From the NCBI RefSeq assembly GCF_009914755.1, contig NC_060936.1: DNA of 64,000 bases, one strand, 5' to 3'. The DNA comes from the human T2T-CHM13v2.0 reference genome, Homo sapiens. The notes beneath the pieces were generated by a model. It had not been told where the DNA came from and did not search any database. It was given only the letters and a program-made list of their open reading frames with translations. Each line of letters opens with the position of its first letter. Positions within the stretch are counted from its first letter, which is position 1. Positions 36,301-51,758 of the stretch are shown in pieces. The position numbers were made by a program, and so were the translations under genes.

Positions 36301-39300
36301 TCAGCTGGTCCACTCCCCATAAAGGTTCATTTGGGAAACAGACTCAGAGAGGTGCTGTGACTTCCTCCAGGTCACCCAGCCAGTGAGAACCCCAGTGCCT
36401 GGCCCCTGCCTGGCAGGTACAACCCAGAGGCCTCTGGGGCCAGCTCTCTTCTCTGAACTAGTCCTGTTGGACACCAGGAAGGGCCTGGCATGACCTTCCC
36501 CTCCAGGTCACAGCTAGGCTTTGGCCTTGAATGGAGCCACAGAAGCCAGGTGGGTAGCTCTAGGGATTGGAGGTAGAGGAGGAGATGGGGGCTCAGAGGC
36601 GCAGCCCATGGCTTTCCCGGGGTCACAATCTCAGGGCCCTGCCGTGAAGCCAGGTGTGTCCTCCTCCTATTCTGCCTTGGGGTCAACCCAGCCTGGCAAG
36701 GGGCAGACTGCTGACCTGTGGACACGAGGGAAAGTTCCAGATGCCTGCCACATCAGGAAAATGCTGGAGGCAGAGAGAGGTCAGGAACATTCATTTTTAT
36801 TGGGAGGTCAGTTCTGGCTAGATGTTCCTTTCTGGCAGGACACTTTGAGTCATTTCCGTCCTCCCAGTACATGGCACAGGGCTGGCCCTCAAAAGATGCT
36901 TGGGAAGTGTTTGCTGCCTAAATGAATGAATGGGTGGGTAAGAAGCAAGGCCTGGGCTTTACTCATCTCAGTGTTGTTCTGCCCAATGCTGGCCTCCTGA
37001 TTTGCGCTCCTTGAATGTTTATGGGATGAATAAGTGGCCTCTGGGAGCCCTTCCCCTCCTCTCACCCCTTCCTTCTGTGATCCCAGCCCCTCCCACAGTA
37101 GAATCAAAATGGATTTGGGCCCTGGGGAGAAGCAGACCCTTGCTTCCATCCCTCCCTGCCCAGTTGACTGGGAGCTGAGGGCTGACGGGCCCCCAACCAC
37201 GATGGAGCTGCTGTACAGTGTGGGGCTGAGGGACTGACTGGCATTGGCATCCTTGGGCTCTGCTATCTAAAAGCTATGTGACCTTGCACAGATGGCCTTC
37301 CCTCTTTGTGGCCATTTCCTAAGCTGTGAAATGGAGCCACAGAGGCCACGAGGAGGAGGCGCATGGGCTTGGTACAGAGGGCAGTCAATACATGCTCACC
37401 ACCGTTAAGAGCCCAAATTGCATGTTGCTCTTTCAGAGCTTCCCCTCCCACTGGCCCGTGGGCTCCCTGACGCCCCCTGCAGCCAGACAGGCGAGGGCGA
37501 GATGACAAAAGGCAAGCAGGGCCCAAGCCCCCAAATCCCTGTTCTTTTCATAAAAACAGAGACAGCCTCCTCCCATTCATTGTTCTGCTAAGGCGAGCAT
37601 CACAGACTCAATTCCTCCTCGGACCTGAAAAGTTCCTTCCTTCCTTTCCCCTCCCCTGTCACATTTCCTTTATCTAAATCCTCAGCTATGAAAGGACACA
37701 TCGACAGCTGGGGGCGTTATCTGGTGGAGGGGACCTTTTCCTCGGGTGTCTCCGAGATAAGGCGTCTTATCAGCCCCCATGTCAGGGAAGGTGCCAAGCA
37801 TTCTAATCATTGAGGCATGCGACGTTTTTCCCCTCCCTGCCCCCCCTTTTTTTATTAAAGTCACAAAAGACCTTGAGCTTATAAACAGTCTGATTTGCAG
37901 ATAGGGTTTCAAAATGAACAGTGCTCCCTGGATGGTGCTTGGCCAGGGGGGTAATGAGTCCAGGCGGGGACTCTGAGAGGCTGGCCTCCTGCAGATGGGA
38001 TGATGCCAGGCAGGGAGGGGGCAAGATGGGGTCACAGAAAGAACATGAGTGTTTTAGGCACATGCCCCAGTCCTGTCCCTGCCTTGCTGTGTGACCTTGT
38101 TTGGGACGCTTGGCTTCTCTGGGCCTAGATCACTTTATCTGACAATAACCAATTCACTGATTCGGCCATTCATTCAACACCTATCTAGTAAATGATTACT
38201 CTTGCCAGGCACTGGGGAGAGACAGACAAATAAGACACGGTCCCTACCCCTAAGAAACACAGTCCAGCGGAGGGAGAGAGATGTGAAAATTGGCAATTAC
38301 ACCTTGGTGTGATTAGAGCAGAGATGGTGGATATCTAGAGGAAGGGAAGGGTGAGCCAGGGTCTGAAGACAGATCTGAGTTCGAACGGATCAGGGTCACG
38401 GTGCCGTAGGCAGGAGAACCAGCAGGGGCAGAGGTCTGGAGGTGTGAGGCAGCCTGGCTGGAAGGAGGGCCAGGGGGAGCCAAGAGGGAGATGAGGTGTG
38501 GTGGGCAAAGAGGGCTGGGCTCCACGCCGGGGCCAGAGAGGTTTTAAGGCCAAGGAGGGGGATTTGACCGTCTTGGTTGCAGATGATGGGGATGATGCAG
38601 GAGTTGGAGGTGGTGGTCCCCTCCCCACTTCCCTCCTAGGACACCCCACCACCCTGCCATGTGCCCCCAGTGGCAGGACACAGGGTTCCTGGGAGAATGG
38701 GCAGTGAGTTGGGAGAACTGGGGTTGCAGAGAGAAAAAAGTCCCTCCTCTTTAAGTGAAGAGCATCTCTCAGGCTGCCTGTAGCCCTCCAGAAGCAAGGA
38801 ATGGGAGGATGTAGGCAGCTGCCCTGGCAAAGCTGAGCCAAAGCTGAGGCCTACACTTGGACACCATCACACCCTGAAAACCCCTCCCAGCTCCCAGAAC
38901 TGCCTGGCATCCACCATAAGAGCACGCTGACAACTAGAGCCCTGCTGGGAAGGGAGCTGATGGGGTCCCAGGAGGCTCCAGAATAGGCGACCTGCCCCTT
39001 CCCCAACAATTGCAGCCCCCAGCCCACCCTTTTTCAACTGCAAAGCATGTGGGATGTATGGCCCAAGGGACATTAGGGCACCTAGAGAAGGGCTGGACTT
39101 CTGGACCCCAGTAAAAGGCTGGAGATAGGGCCGGGCATGGCCAGGACTCTGGAAGAAAGTGACCTGGAGGTACCCACAGGGATCATGGAGCCACTGTTAC
39201 AGGCCAGAGAGGGTCATTAACCCAGCCGGGGTCACACAGGGTGTGCTGGGAGGCAAGGAGGTTCCAGCCTTCCAGCCCAGGTTTCCACAGGGCACCAGCC

Positions 39301-39869
39301 TCTGACCTCCCTCCTTACTGGCCTGGGTGCAGCCAAGCTCAGTGGTGAGGGGGTAAGTGCACCCAGCCACTCCCTGCCTGGCAGGCCACTGCTCCCTGTG
39401 GCTTGGGTTTCCCATTTGTGGAGGGAGAGGTCTTGGACTGGCTTTCTCCGGATCTCCCTCCTTTCCCCCAACCCCTATGTCAGAGCGGCTAGAGATGGAC
39501 TCTGCCCTGGAGCAGGGGCCACAGAAAGAGGCTGGGGCAGGGTGAGGGAGGTTGCCACAGGCCTCTTACCTTCCAGATTGCACATGATTGTGAGTCTCCA
39601 TAGACCATCCGACTGTGCGTAAGAGGGTGCCTGTAAGTGCAGAGGAACATGCCATGCAGCAAACACATATGTACATAGGTGAGTGTGTACCAGGGTGTGT
39701 GTGCACACCCAGCCCTCCCTGTGCACATGCACGGCGTGTCCTCCAGGGCTGGTGTCCAAGGCTGTGGTGATGGCAGGCCCGAGTCAGGCCTGCTCCCGCC
39801 ACCTGCTCACGTTCCAAGTCCCCGAGGAGAGGAGCAGCACTGCCTTCCTGCAGTCAAGGACTTTCATCC

Positions 39870-40490
39870 CTGCAATAAGCCCCACTTCATTCCCTTTTTA
39901 AACTGTATAATTTCTGCCTGATTGTAATGGCCTATTTTAAAATTACCAGAAATCAAAGCCGGGAAGTGGATACTGCAGCTTTTATTGCGTCTCTGTGTTA
40001 AGGCTGGCGATTGGGGAGGGGGCGGTGAGAATCACCTCCCCTCCCCTCCATCCTCCACTCTCTCTCTCTCTCGCTCTTTTTTTTTTTTTTCTTGAGACAG
40101 TAATAGGAGAAAATTGGTTTTGAAACTGAATAAAAGTCCCTTTCAGAGGAAATCATTTCTTTCAGGGTACCTTTGCTGAAAGTAAAATAGGGCATAATGA
40201 AAGGTGGTTACGCGATTGTCTTTCATTTACCGAGAGGCCAGGACAGACGGGAGGCTGCAACCGTCTCCGGGAAATACAAGATTGGAATAATTGCGCCGTA
40301 ACAAGGAGCTTGTTGTGAAATTAGTATCTTAAGAAAGTAGTGAAAAAAGGCTTTTCCTCATGAATACTTCATTATTAGAAGAAAGCGGCAGAATTTAGGA
40401 CTCCAGACACCTGTTTAGTATTAAATAACTTCCCTTTCTTCCCCTTCAACACCCCCTCTGCTTTCTTCTTCTTTTTTAAAACCAACATGA
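39870..40490. promoter_or_regulatory. Candidate conserved enhancer or alternative promoter upstream of exon 2
   Basis: Repeat-free, AT-rich but CpG-retaining; many TAAT/ATTA and ATTGT motifs; GC box near 40018. Confidence 0.5.
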
Positions 40491-41540
40491 AGATTGAGGT
40501 GATCCAGCTTGGCTGCTCAGGACTGTGGGAGGTCAGGAAGTGGTGGGGACAGGGTGCCCGGGAAGATGGACATCAGGGGTGTCCGGGGTTGAGCTCACCC
40601 TGAGACCTGCCTTCTCCTTAGCAAGAAGGGAGGAAGGGACCTCTAGGTAAGCTCCCACCGCCACCCTCCCACTGGGGCCTCACAGGCAGGCCCACTCTGA
40701 CCCTGCCAGTCAGGGGCTTTGGGCTCTCAGGAATGTGCCTGGGCCTCCTGAAACGTTCTCTGCAGGAGAGTGGGTTTGGGGAAGCTGAAGGTAAGTGTCT
40801 GTGTGAATGTCAGGCTCTGGCCGTTGGGGAAGGTACCACACGGGCCTGTGTGCAGCCACATCTGAGCTGCTGCCCTGCGGGGCACAGATCTCTGCCCTTC
40901 CCATTCAGGGTAAGGAGCTCAGGCAGCGACAGGGATCTCGGGTCAGGGCAGCCTTGATGGCCCATTGGGGCTGGGCTCAGGGTGCAGCATGGATCAAGGT
41001 TCAAGAGCCCCTTGTTCTCTCAGGAAAGCCATCCTGACATCTCCCCTCCAGGGGGGCTATGAGGATGCCCTGGGCGGGAGACAGACCAGTACTTCAGTAA
41101 CCTGGGACACCCATGTACCCACTGGCATTTCCCGAGCACCCCTCTGTGTAGATGCCCAAGATGACCAAGTGGGGTCTTCAGGCTGACTTGCTTACAGGGG
41201 GCCACCACCGGCCGGAAGCACAGCCTGCTGCGGGGCACGGAGGGAGTGAGGATCTCACCCAGTTGGGGGCATCAGGGCAGGCCCCAGAGCAGATGACCCA
41301 GATGCCGAGCAGGGCCGGGGCATGTGTGATCCATCAGTCCAGCCCCCACTCAAGAGCCCTGGATTCTGTCCCTTCCCATGAGGCCACAGATGGGCCTCTT
41401 GATGCCTCAGGCCTTGGTCCCCTCATTGGTCGAATAAGGGAAATGGGTGTCTGCTTTGAGAGTCTCTGATGTTCTTCGGGGTTGCAGGGAGACTCCCGGG
41501 GGGAATGGTGGGAGGCGAACACGGAGCAGCCCCCAAGTGA

Positions 41541-41699
<159 letters not shown>

Positions 41700-43129
41700 T
41701 AGGACGCCTCCCCAGCCTTTGCAGGGCAGGTCGTGGGCAGAGAACGCCATTCACCCCCCAGGATGTCCACCTACCATGGCCCTGTCGGAAAGTCTCTATG
41801 CTCTCTTAGGCCCCCAGGCCTTGGCCCCGGCTGTGCTGCCTTCCTGGTCTCCATCCCCAAAATGACACCCACTCCTTTGGCCAGCTCCTGTGGAGCAAGA
41901 CTCTCAACTCTGGCTTGACCTCCTTCCCAGCAGCCTCTTCTGACCACCACCATCGCCATGCCCCAACCCCGCCTCTGCAACTTCACCACCATTATCTAGC
42001 CATGTGTGTCTCCCTTACCACCATTAAAGTAGGATGACGTGGAAGCAAAAAATAGACAGAATGGGGTCCCCGCTTGAGGCCCATGAGCTGTGTGGTCTTG
42101 GGTGTTTCCTTCCCTCTCTGGCCTTGCTTTTTCACTGGGACCTAGACCTGGTGACCAGGGGTCTGTTCTCACTATCTAGGACCAGGATCTGAAACGCTCT
42201 GATTTGGTTATTTTTAGCTATCATAATTTCTTTTTTAATGAAGTACTTAGAAACGGAGATTTGCATTAAAATATGGATTTCTACTATCTCTTGAAAAAAA
42301 CAAAAACAGAGGCTCTGGTAACATAGGCCTGTGTGCCTGTATTGCAGCTATGGTTAGAGCTGAATGACTGCCTCTTTTAAAGGGATGTCTGTCTCCAGGT
42401 CACCGCGGTCCCCACCCCTCCCTATTGCTTCTGTGCTATAGCCCAGGATCCGTTGCCATTTAGCATGATGCTTACAATGTGAAAATATTTTTTTTCTTTT
42501 AAATATTTATCTTTAGACAAGGGAACATATTCATGTTATGCAACACTTGGAGGAAGGAAGGGGTATATAGACAAAAGCCTCCCTCTGGGCCAGCCACCCG
42601 CTTCCCTCGCAGAGGGGGTCCATGTCGTCAGCTTCCTGGGTGTCCTTCCAGATGTTTTATGTGCATCCCAGCAAATATGTATGGAGACGCATATTTTACA
42701 CACTATCCTGCATCTCACTGTTTCCCTTTGTAATCTATTCTGTATGTCAGCTTCTAAAGAGCTTCCTCATTCTTTCGCCACATAGTTTTCTCTAGCAGGG
42801 GTGGCCCATAATTTATTTGGCCAGTCCTCTATTTAGACTGTAACTGACCTGTTGCTGTTACAAGCAGTGCAGTGGTAAACCCTGGATGTGTCACGAGGAT
42901 GTGGATAAAACTGCAGGGTACATTTCTGGAAGTGGAAATACCGGGTCAAACGGATGTGTGTTTGGCATTTTGATAGCTGTGGTCTGATGGACATCTTTAG
43001 ATGGTGTATCTGTGGATACCTCACATTGTGGTGTGAGAGAGTCTGTTCCCCACCCCTCACCATCACAGCATCATATCACACTTTTAGGTTTTGCTCACCT
43101 GGGCAGTGACAATAGGATCACAATGTGGG

Positions 43130-43271
43130 TTTGGTTTTGTTTTGTTTTGTTTAGGGATACAAGGTCTAGCTATGTTGCCCAGGCTAGTCTCAAACTCCTG
43201 GCCTCATGCCATCCTCCTGCCTCTGCTTCCTGATCAGCTGGGATTACAGGTGTGAGCCACTGCACCTGGCT
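43130..43271 (-). mobile_element. FLAM / Alu monomer
   Basis: (TTTTG)n tail plus reverse-complement left monomer. Confidence 0.8.
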
Positions 43272-43672
43272 ACAGTGTAGTTTTAACTTAGTTTTATATG
43301 AATGAGGTTGAGTATCTTTTTGTGTCTGTGCCATTTGTTTTTCCTTTGACTAATCTACTTATCTCCTTGGCTCCTTTTTTTTTTTTAATTGGGTGGTGGT
43401 TTTTGTTCTTATTGATTTGTAGGAGCTATTTGTGTATGATGGAATCAGACCTCTGTCTGTGCTATGAATTGAAGACATTTTCCCCAAGTTGGTTTTTGTT
43501 TTTGATTCTGCCATGGAGGAATTTTGTTTGGAAAGTGAGACTTATCAGTATTTCCTTTTATGGCATTGGATTTTGTATCATACTTGGAAAGTCCTTCCTC
43601 AGGCTGAGATTATTATTTTTTAATTCCCCCAGGTTTCTTATAGATCTCTGATGGTTTTTAAGAAATGTATGA

Positions 43673-44044
<372 letters not shown>

Positions 44045-44362
44045 TCAGTGCAGTGCTGTTTTAATTATTATGTTGTTTAAAAATTTTAGCCTTATTGAAA
44101 TATAATTCATATACCATTCACCAATTTGGAGTGTACAATTCAATGATTTTTAGTATATTCATAGAATTATGCAGCCATTACCACAGTCAATTTTAGAACA
44201 TTTTCATCACCTCAAGAAGAAAACCGACACCCATCAGCAGTCACCTCATCTCTCCTCACCAACCTCCTCCCCTTTCTCTACAATTTCCCTATTCTGGACT
44301 AGTGACTGGCTTCTTTCACTTAGAATAACATAAGTTCATCTGTGTTGCAGCATGTGTATATC

Positions 44363-44560
44363 CAGGTCGAGTAGCCCTTATCAGAAATGCTTGAGACCAA
44401 AGTGTTTTGAATTTTGGAAAATCTCATTATACCAGTTGCGCATCCCAAATCACAAAATCTGAAATGCTCCAATGAGCATTTCCTTTGAATGACATGTCAG
44501 CACTCAAAAAGTTACAGATTTGGGAATACTTTGGATTTTAGATTTGGGGTGCTCAATCTG
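44363..44560 (+). mobile_element. MER46A/Tigger4a-like MITE (TcMar-Tigger)
   Basis: TIR-like ends caggtcgagtagccc / gggtgctcaatctg followed by TA; internal aaatgctccaatgagcatttcctttga. Confidence 0.75.
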
Positions 44561-44566
44561 TAATAC

Positions 44567-44873
<307 letters not shown>

Positions 44874-46516
44874 TAGTATTTGGTAGAGGTTGTTGCTCCT
44901 TGTTCTCCCCCTCTACCCAAATTTCCTTGGCTCTTTTATTATTTTCTTGTCTGAACTATAGAATCAATTTATCTAGGTCAAAACAAAAATCCTATTTGTG
45001 CTTCTACCGGGATTGCATTACATTTACAGATGAATTTAGGAAGAAATGACACTTTTATGACACTGCCTTTCCCACCAAAACATGATACAGTTCTCTTTCA
45101 TGTCTCTCGGGAATGTTTTAACATTTGCCTGGTTGAAATCTTCCACATTGTGTTGGTTAAGTTTATTTCTGGATAGTTTAGCTTTTTTAGCTAGCCTTTT
45201 CTTCCAGTGGAAGGTCACTTATATGAAGGCTGTTAACTTCTGCCACCTTACTGAATTATTTTATTGTTCTTAATGGTTTTTCAATTTAGGCGCTTGGGTT
45301 TTCCAGTTATACTATCATATGATTTACAAATGATAAATTTACCCCCTATTTTGTTTTATACCTTAATTTCTTTATTTTATTTAATAGTTGGCTACTATTT
45401 CTGGAACAATGAAACAATAATAGTGGCGATAATAGACATTCTTGCTTTGTAGCTTCTAGATTTCCCCATTAAGCAAATGCTGGCTTTGGGGCAGTTAGTT
45501 TATCAGGTTAAGTAAGTATCCATCTATTCCTGTTTTGTTGAGGATTTTAAAAATCAAGAATGGAAGTTGAACTTTGCCAAAAGACTTTTCAGTGTTTATG
45601 ATCACATTTTTTCCCATCGGTGAGTTAATATGAATAATAGATTTCTTAATACTGAACTTATTGAACTGGGGTTTAATCCTTGCATTCCAGATTAAACCCC
45701 AGTTGGTCATGGTAAATATTTCTTTATAATATACTGCTGGATTGAATTTGTTATTTAGGATTTTTGCCTCAGTCTCGTCAAAGAGATTGTTCTTTGGTTT
45801 TCTTTTTTTTTTTTTTTTTTTTTGGAACAATTTTGGTTGGGTTTTGCTATGTTACACTGACATCATGAAGAAAATAGAGGCTTTCCTTCTTTCTCTTTGA
45901 ACAGTTTAAATAGACATGGAATTATCTGTTCTTAAAAGTTTGGTTGATCCTCCATGAAACTGTTTGGGCTAGTGCAGTTATTTGGGGTGAGTGGGTAGCT
46001 CTTTGATAATGCTATTTCTTCTCTAATAATTAGTTTGATTGTTTGTTCTACTCTTTTTGAATGACTTCGGTAAATTATGTTTCTCTAGAAAAGTATCCAT
46101 TTTATCCGGGTCTTCAGATTGATTTGCATTAGTTTGAACTAAACAATTTTTACAACTCTTAAGTGGTGAGTTCACCCTTATTTCTTATATTGTATATTTT
46201 GTGCTCTTTTTCCTGTTTTTCTTCATTAGGTTAGTTAGCTAATGATACTGTCTATCCCCTTTCCCCAAAGATTCATCTTTAGGATTTATTTATTAGTAAT
46301 TATTCTTTTCTGGTTTCTAACTCATTAATTTGTGCTTTTATCTTTATTAAAACCTTCCTTCTGCTTTTAGTTTTTTTCCCTTAGAGAGTTACATTTTTAC
46401 ATTAATCTTTTTTTAAAAAAGGAGAAATTCAGGCTACAAAGTCTCTGAGCACTTCCGAGCTATATGTAGTATTTTCATTATTATTATTTTCTAGATATTT
46501 TAAATTTTTAACCTAA

Positions 46517-46874
<358 letters not shown>

Positions 46875-47851
46875 TTGTGTTTTACTTCTAGGGTGGTGGT
46901 AGTGTTTTTTATGATCAGAGAATCTTGTCTACTATTTCTACTTTTTAGGAGTTTTTTGAAGCTTTCTTTGTGATATAACCTATGCTAATTGTTGTGAGCT
47001 TTGTGGATTTTTTTATGGGGACTTAAAAAGGTGTTCACTTTGTTTTCAGGATTCAGTTTGGTGTATACCAATTTTATCTCCCATTAATTAGGCTATTAGG
47101 TTTTCTATATCCTTACTTACCTGTCATGAATAGAGAAAGGAACTAGACACCTACTGCTAACATGTTCCTGTCTATGTCTTCTTGTAGCACCTGTATCTTT
47201 GGCTTTTGAATGGTGATGCAATGTTATTTAATGCATAGATATTAATAATCTTAAATCTTCATAATGAATTATATCCTAAGAGATAAAATTGAATCCAGGC
47301 CCAAAAGTCCAGGATTCAACTTTATCTGTTAAAATGGTAATCGCTGCCTTTTAAATTCACATTTTTCTTAAAACCTTTGCCAATCCTTGTATTTCAACCT
47401 TTCTGAATTACTTTGTTTAGATGTGACTCATATACTATAGAGTTGGATTAAGCTTTGTGATCCAGTCTGAATGCCCTTTTTTTCTTTTAATAGGAGAGTT
47501 TAGCCCATTTACATTTATTGATATGACACATGTGGTCTTAGTTCAGTCATTTGTGCTTTATTTAAGTTGTCCTAAAAAGTCTTTCACTGTGTGATTTGTG
47601 TTCTCTGCTTTGTTTTGTGTACCTACTAATAATAAGGAAGGTTGGTGGCCTTGTTCTAATGGTATAACTATTCCTTAATTCTCTTAGAATAGTATCTGTT
47701 ATTTTCCCTAAGAGGAATAAAATGATGAAATTGGTAGATTTTTTCTCTCCACAACATTTTCTTAGAGTTCACTTCATATTTTCAAAACTCTATTGTCTAA
47801 CATCAATTTTAATGATATGTTTTGATTCCAGCTATTAAAATTGACGATATC

Positions 47852-47935
47852 AGGCTTGGCACAGTGGCTCACGCCTGCAGTCCCAGCACTTTGGGAGGCC
47901 AAGGTGGGAGGATCACTTGAAGCCAGGAGTTTGAC
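47852..47935 (+). mobile_element. Alu 5' fragment
   Basis: ggcttggcacagtggctcacgcctgcagtcccagcactttgggagg... Confidence 0.8.
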
Positions 47936-48883
47936 ATAAAAACTAGGATATCAGTCTACTTATAATCTTGTCCCCTTCTTTCTTCCTTCCTTTCTCATTT
48001 GTTATTAGCGATGCTATTAGTGTATTCTCAGGGCTTATAATATAGCATCTGGTATGTCACCACAATCCCCACATTTGTTTCTTTAATAACAATAGTGCTC
48101 ACTACCAAATCTTTTGCCTTGGTTCACCCATTGTCTGAAGTTGGTCCTCTAGTATATTCCTTAAGAAGGCCTCATGTGAACAATACTCCTGGAGTTTCTG
48201 CACATTCAGAACGGTCTCTCTATTGCCTTTCTACTTGAGTGGGTTTAAAAAAAAAAAAAGTTCCTGGTTCACGTTGTTTGCTTGAGGATTTTGTAGGTTT
48301 TGTTCTACTGTCTTCTAATATTGCATGTTGCCATGGAGAAGCTGAGGACTGATTTTTTCCCCCATCTATTTGATTTCGATCTTTCCATATCTTTCATGTC
48401 CAGTTACTTGACAAGGATGTGTCTTGGAGTTGACCATAGAGAGTCTGTTTTCCCTGGAACACAGTATTGTGCCCTTTCAGTTTGCAGATCCGAGGCTTGT
48501 ATTTTAGTTTCCTTCCTTGGGGACTCCAGTTAAGCACATATTGGCTATCTTTCACCTGTCTTCCCTATGTACCTTTTTCTGATTAGACCTTTCTGACTCA
48601 TTTTATGTTGCTCACTTTTTTTCCCTATGTTTTCTGCACCTCTTTTTTTTTCTCCTGTGCTCATTCTATACTTGGACAGTATGATTTTTTTTTCTTCTGC
48701 TCTTGTATATCTTCTTTGTGTTTTTGCTTTATAGAAAGAACTGCTTACTAAATTTTTTCCTTCTTGATGAAATACTTGTCTATGATCTTCATCTCTTCTG
48801 TGACTATATCCTTCTGATGGGAGGTGTTTTTGGCCAACCATTAATTTACTTATGCTTTGCCTTGCTTTCATTTTTTAGTATAT

Positions 48884-48955
48884 TTTTTATTAGGTCCTAT
48901 GCTGGTTCAATTTAGATTATTTTTATTAGGTCCTATGCTGGTTCAATTTAGATTA
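48884..48955. repeat. Perfect 36-bp tandem duplication
   Basis: tttttattaggtcctatgctggttcaatttagatta x2 (48884-48919, 48920-48955). Confidence 0.95.
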
Positions 48956-51758
48956 CTAGGAGGAAATGAGTTTTTCCCAGTCCATTTGCGGGAGCTTCAG
49001 GTTGGGGAAAAGCCAGGGCCATGTCCTGAGCTAACTAAAAATTTCCATACAACCCAGAGTTTCCTATGTGTGCTTATTTATCCTCTTTTTCCTCAGACCC
49101 AGGTTCCTGAAAATATGGTTTGTAGCCCCACCTATTTTTCTCTTCTAAACCAAGTAGGTCTAAGGGAAGAACCTGTCACCAGCTGACAAACCCCTCCTTT
49201 CACTGCTTCAAATAAGGGGTTTAGATTTTGTACTCAGGGCGTGCCCCTCACTTTTGGAAAGTGTTTGCTGCTGACTTTGAAATCTGTAGGTGTGGCCCTT
49301 TTTTCTGCTTCTTAGCCCTACTTGATCTCTGCTACTATTGGAAGCCTGTTCTTTTTTGTTTAGGGGTTTAGCAGCTACACTGTATTACACTGCAGGAATA
49401 AAAAAAATGGTAACATTTAACCAGCCCTTCCCTGATGGACATTTAGGTTGTTTCTAGTCTCTCACTATTCTAAACATTCCTGTAATGAACATCTTTGTAC
49501 ATGTGCATCTGTGCAAAAAAAAATTCCAGGCTGGACTGTCTCAAAGGGTCTGTGCCTTTTAACCTTTGATTGCTACTGTCCCCCTGTCAAGACTCCCTGC
49601 CCTCTGCTACCAGATGGCTAGAGGAGGGGCTGGGCCTGATGACCTGGGCTGGCCCTTCCTTCCTGCTCCAAAGCCAGAACAGGAGAGTGTGGATGGTCAC
49701 CAAGGACATCCTGCTTCCCCCGCCCATTCAGATCCTTTGACATCTCTTCACTTATTGGAAAAGACAGTGACTCTGCCTGTAATTGAAGAGCACAGGAAAC
49801 AGGAAGGCAGGAAGAGAGATAAGCAGCTAATTGAATTGGGTGCCCTGCTGCTGCCAATCAGTGCCTGGACGCTAAGTCAAGGAGGCTCCTGCCCTTTCCT
49901 CCCAGGCATGGTTCTTGGGTGATATGGCCCAGATCTCTCCTCTTGTCCCTGTTGCCCCTGGGCAGAACCAGGACAGGAAGGGCTTTGTGACCAGACCTGG
50001 GGCCATGCTGTGTTTTCAGCCAAGGGAGAAAGGTCTCGACCAGGCTTTGGACAACATGACCTTGGATGAGTGGTTCAGCCTTTCAAGGCTTCTGTTCTCC
50101 TCCCTCTGTAAAACAAGGGCTCAGATGAGGTGGACCTAAGAAGCCACCCAGCTCTGGCCCTCTGTGATGATAATGTCAAAAGCTTGGTTTAGGGGGACGA
50201 GGTGGTCCAGTCTGAGACCCCTGTCTCCCTTTTCCTGTAAAACAGGGATCAGAGTAGCTTGTGATGAGGTCTGGCTGTATGCTGAGAAATGGCCAGGGAA
50301 CCAGAAAGAGCCACAGTTCACTTCTCTGGGATCCAAGGTCAGATGGGCCAGAGGAGGTGGGTTGCAATGAGCTGTGGGTCCAGGAGTTGGGGCGGCAGGC
50401 TGTCGTGGCCTGTCCTAGGTGACTGGGAAAAGTGACCTGCAGAAAAACAAAGGAACCTGCCTACCCCTGGGCCAGCAGCCTGTGGGTCTCAACTGCTCAG
50501 GGCCTTCCCCACTAATTAATAAATATTTGACTTTCCCATTATGGAGTTAATATGCAAACTTTGAGTCACACGCTGCTGAAAATACAGGCTGTGCAGAAGC
50601 CCCAGAGAGGCACCGTGGGGGCCTGTGGCGAGGTGGGGTTACTCAGGGACTGGGCCTCGTCCCTGTCCAAGGGTCCAAGGAGGGTGGAGCCAAGGCAGCT
50701 GTCCCAGGAGGCAGACATGAGCACCCACCCTCCTCAGCTGGACCTTGGGTAAGTGACGTGGCCTCTCTGTGCCCCACACTGCTCTTCTGTGGCTGAGGGT
50801 AGTGTGCCCACCCTGCCCCATCCCCATGAACCCCTAGGGCACAGGCTTTGGGACTGTCTAAGGGTCAAATACAGAGAGTGCCCTGATGGGGGTGTGTATG
50901 TATGGTCTTGGACAAGTTAGTGACTGTGCCTTGGTTTCCTCTGCTGTGACATGGAGACAGGAATGGAAGGAGAGGACCCCGCAGGGCCTAGCAGCTGACC
51001 CAGATACCTCACCTGCCCCCATCCCGGGGGGGGGAACCTCTCCCACAATATCCATACCCACAAGGGGGCAAGAAACTCCACCACCCATATTGCTCGTGAT
51101 AGATGAGAAGCTTTGAAGGGCTTGTCGTCCAAGAGGATCAGGGAGCAGCTCTTCCCCAATTCCCAGCCTCACCCCACCCCCGCCCTACAGACCCTCAGGA
51201 CGCCGACAGGCTGGAGCTACTGCCTAAGTGAACCGCTGCCCACCAGCATTCCTGCAGGTGCCACTGCTTCCACTGATGCTAATAAAAGATGGAAGAAACA
51301 AAGCAATTTAAAATTCCAATGAAATTAAAAATAAATCTAGGGCCGCACAGCAGATTCAGTTACGTAGCTATTGCTGAGTGCAGCCTGAGGGATGGAAGGA
51401 AGGTCTGGGGCCACCCCTGCCGCAGGTACCAAGCCTGCAAGAGGACAGAGGCTCAGAGATGAAGGGCCAGGAGCAGGCCAGATAGATCTCAACCCTGTTT
51501 AGGATTTAACAACTGAAAATAAGCTCCAAGCCAACTAGGAAGGAAGTCAGCCTCTTTCATTTACCAGAGTCCAACCATGATCGACTACAAACAAACTTGA
51601 GGCTTGATAAAATCAGAGGGAGACAAAGATCCGAATCACTGCTTGTCCACACACTGCACAGAGGCTGTGGCCAGCACAGCTAAGCTAGGACAAGTAAATT
51701 AAAAGGTAGTATAAGGATTAGAAAGGAGTAAAATTATCTGCATAGAAAAACCCAAGAG

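Noticed and set aside
48327-48340. X-box-like GTTGCCATGGAGAA
   Set aside because: Lies inside decayed L1-derived sequence with a poor second half-site; not counted among the RFX candidates.
48857-49186. 109-aa ORF with repeated FLLGPMLVQFRL
   Set aside because: The peptide repeat simply reflects the 36-bp DNA tandem duplication; no other coding evidence.
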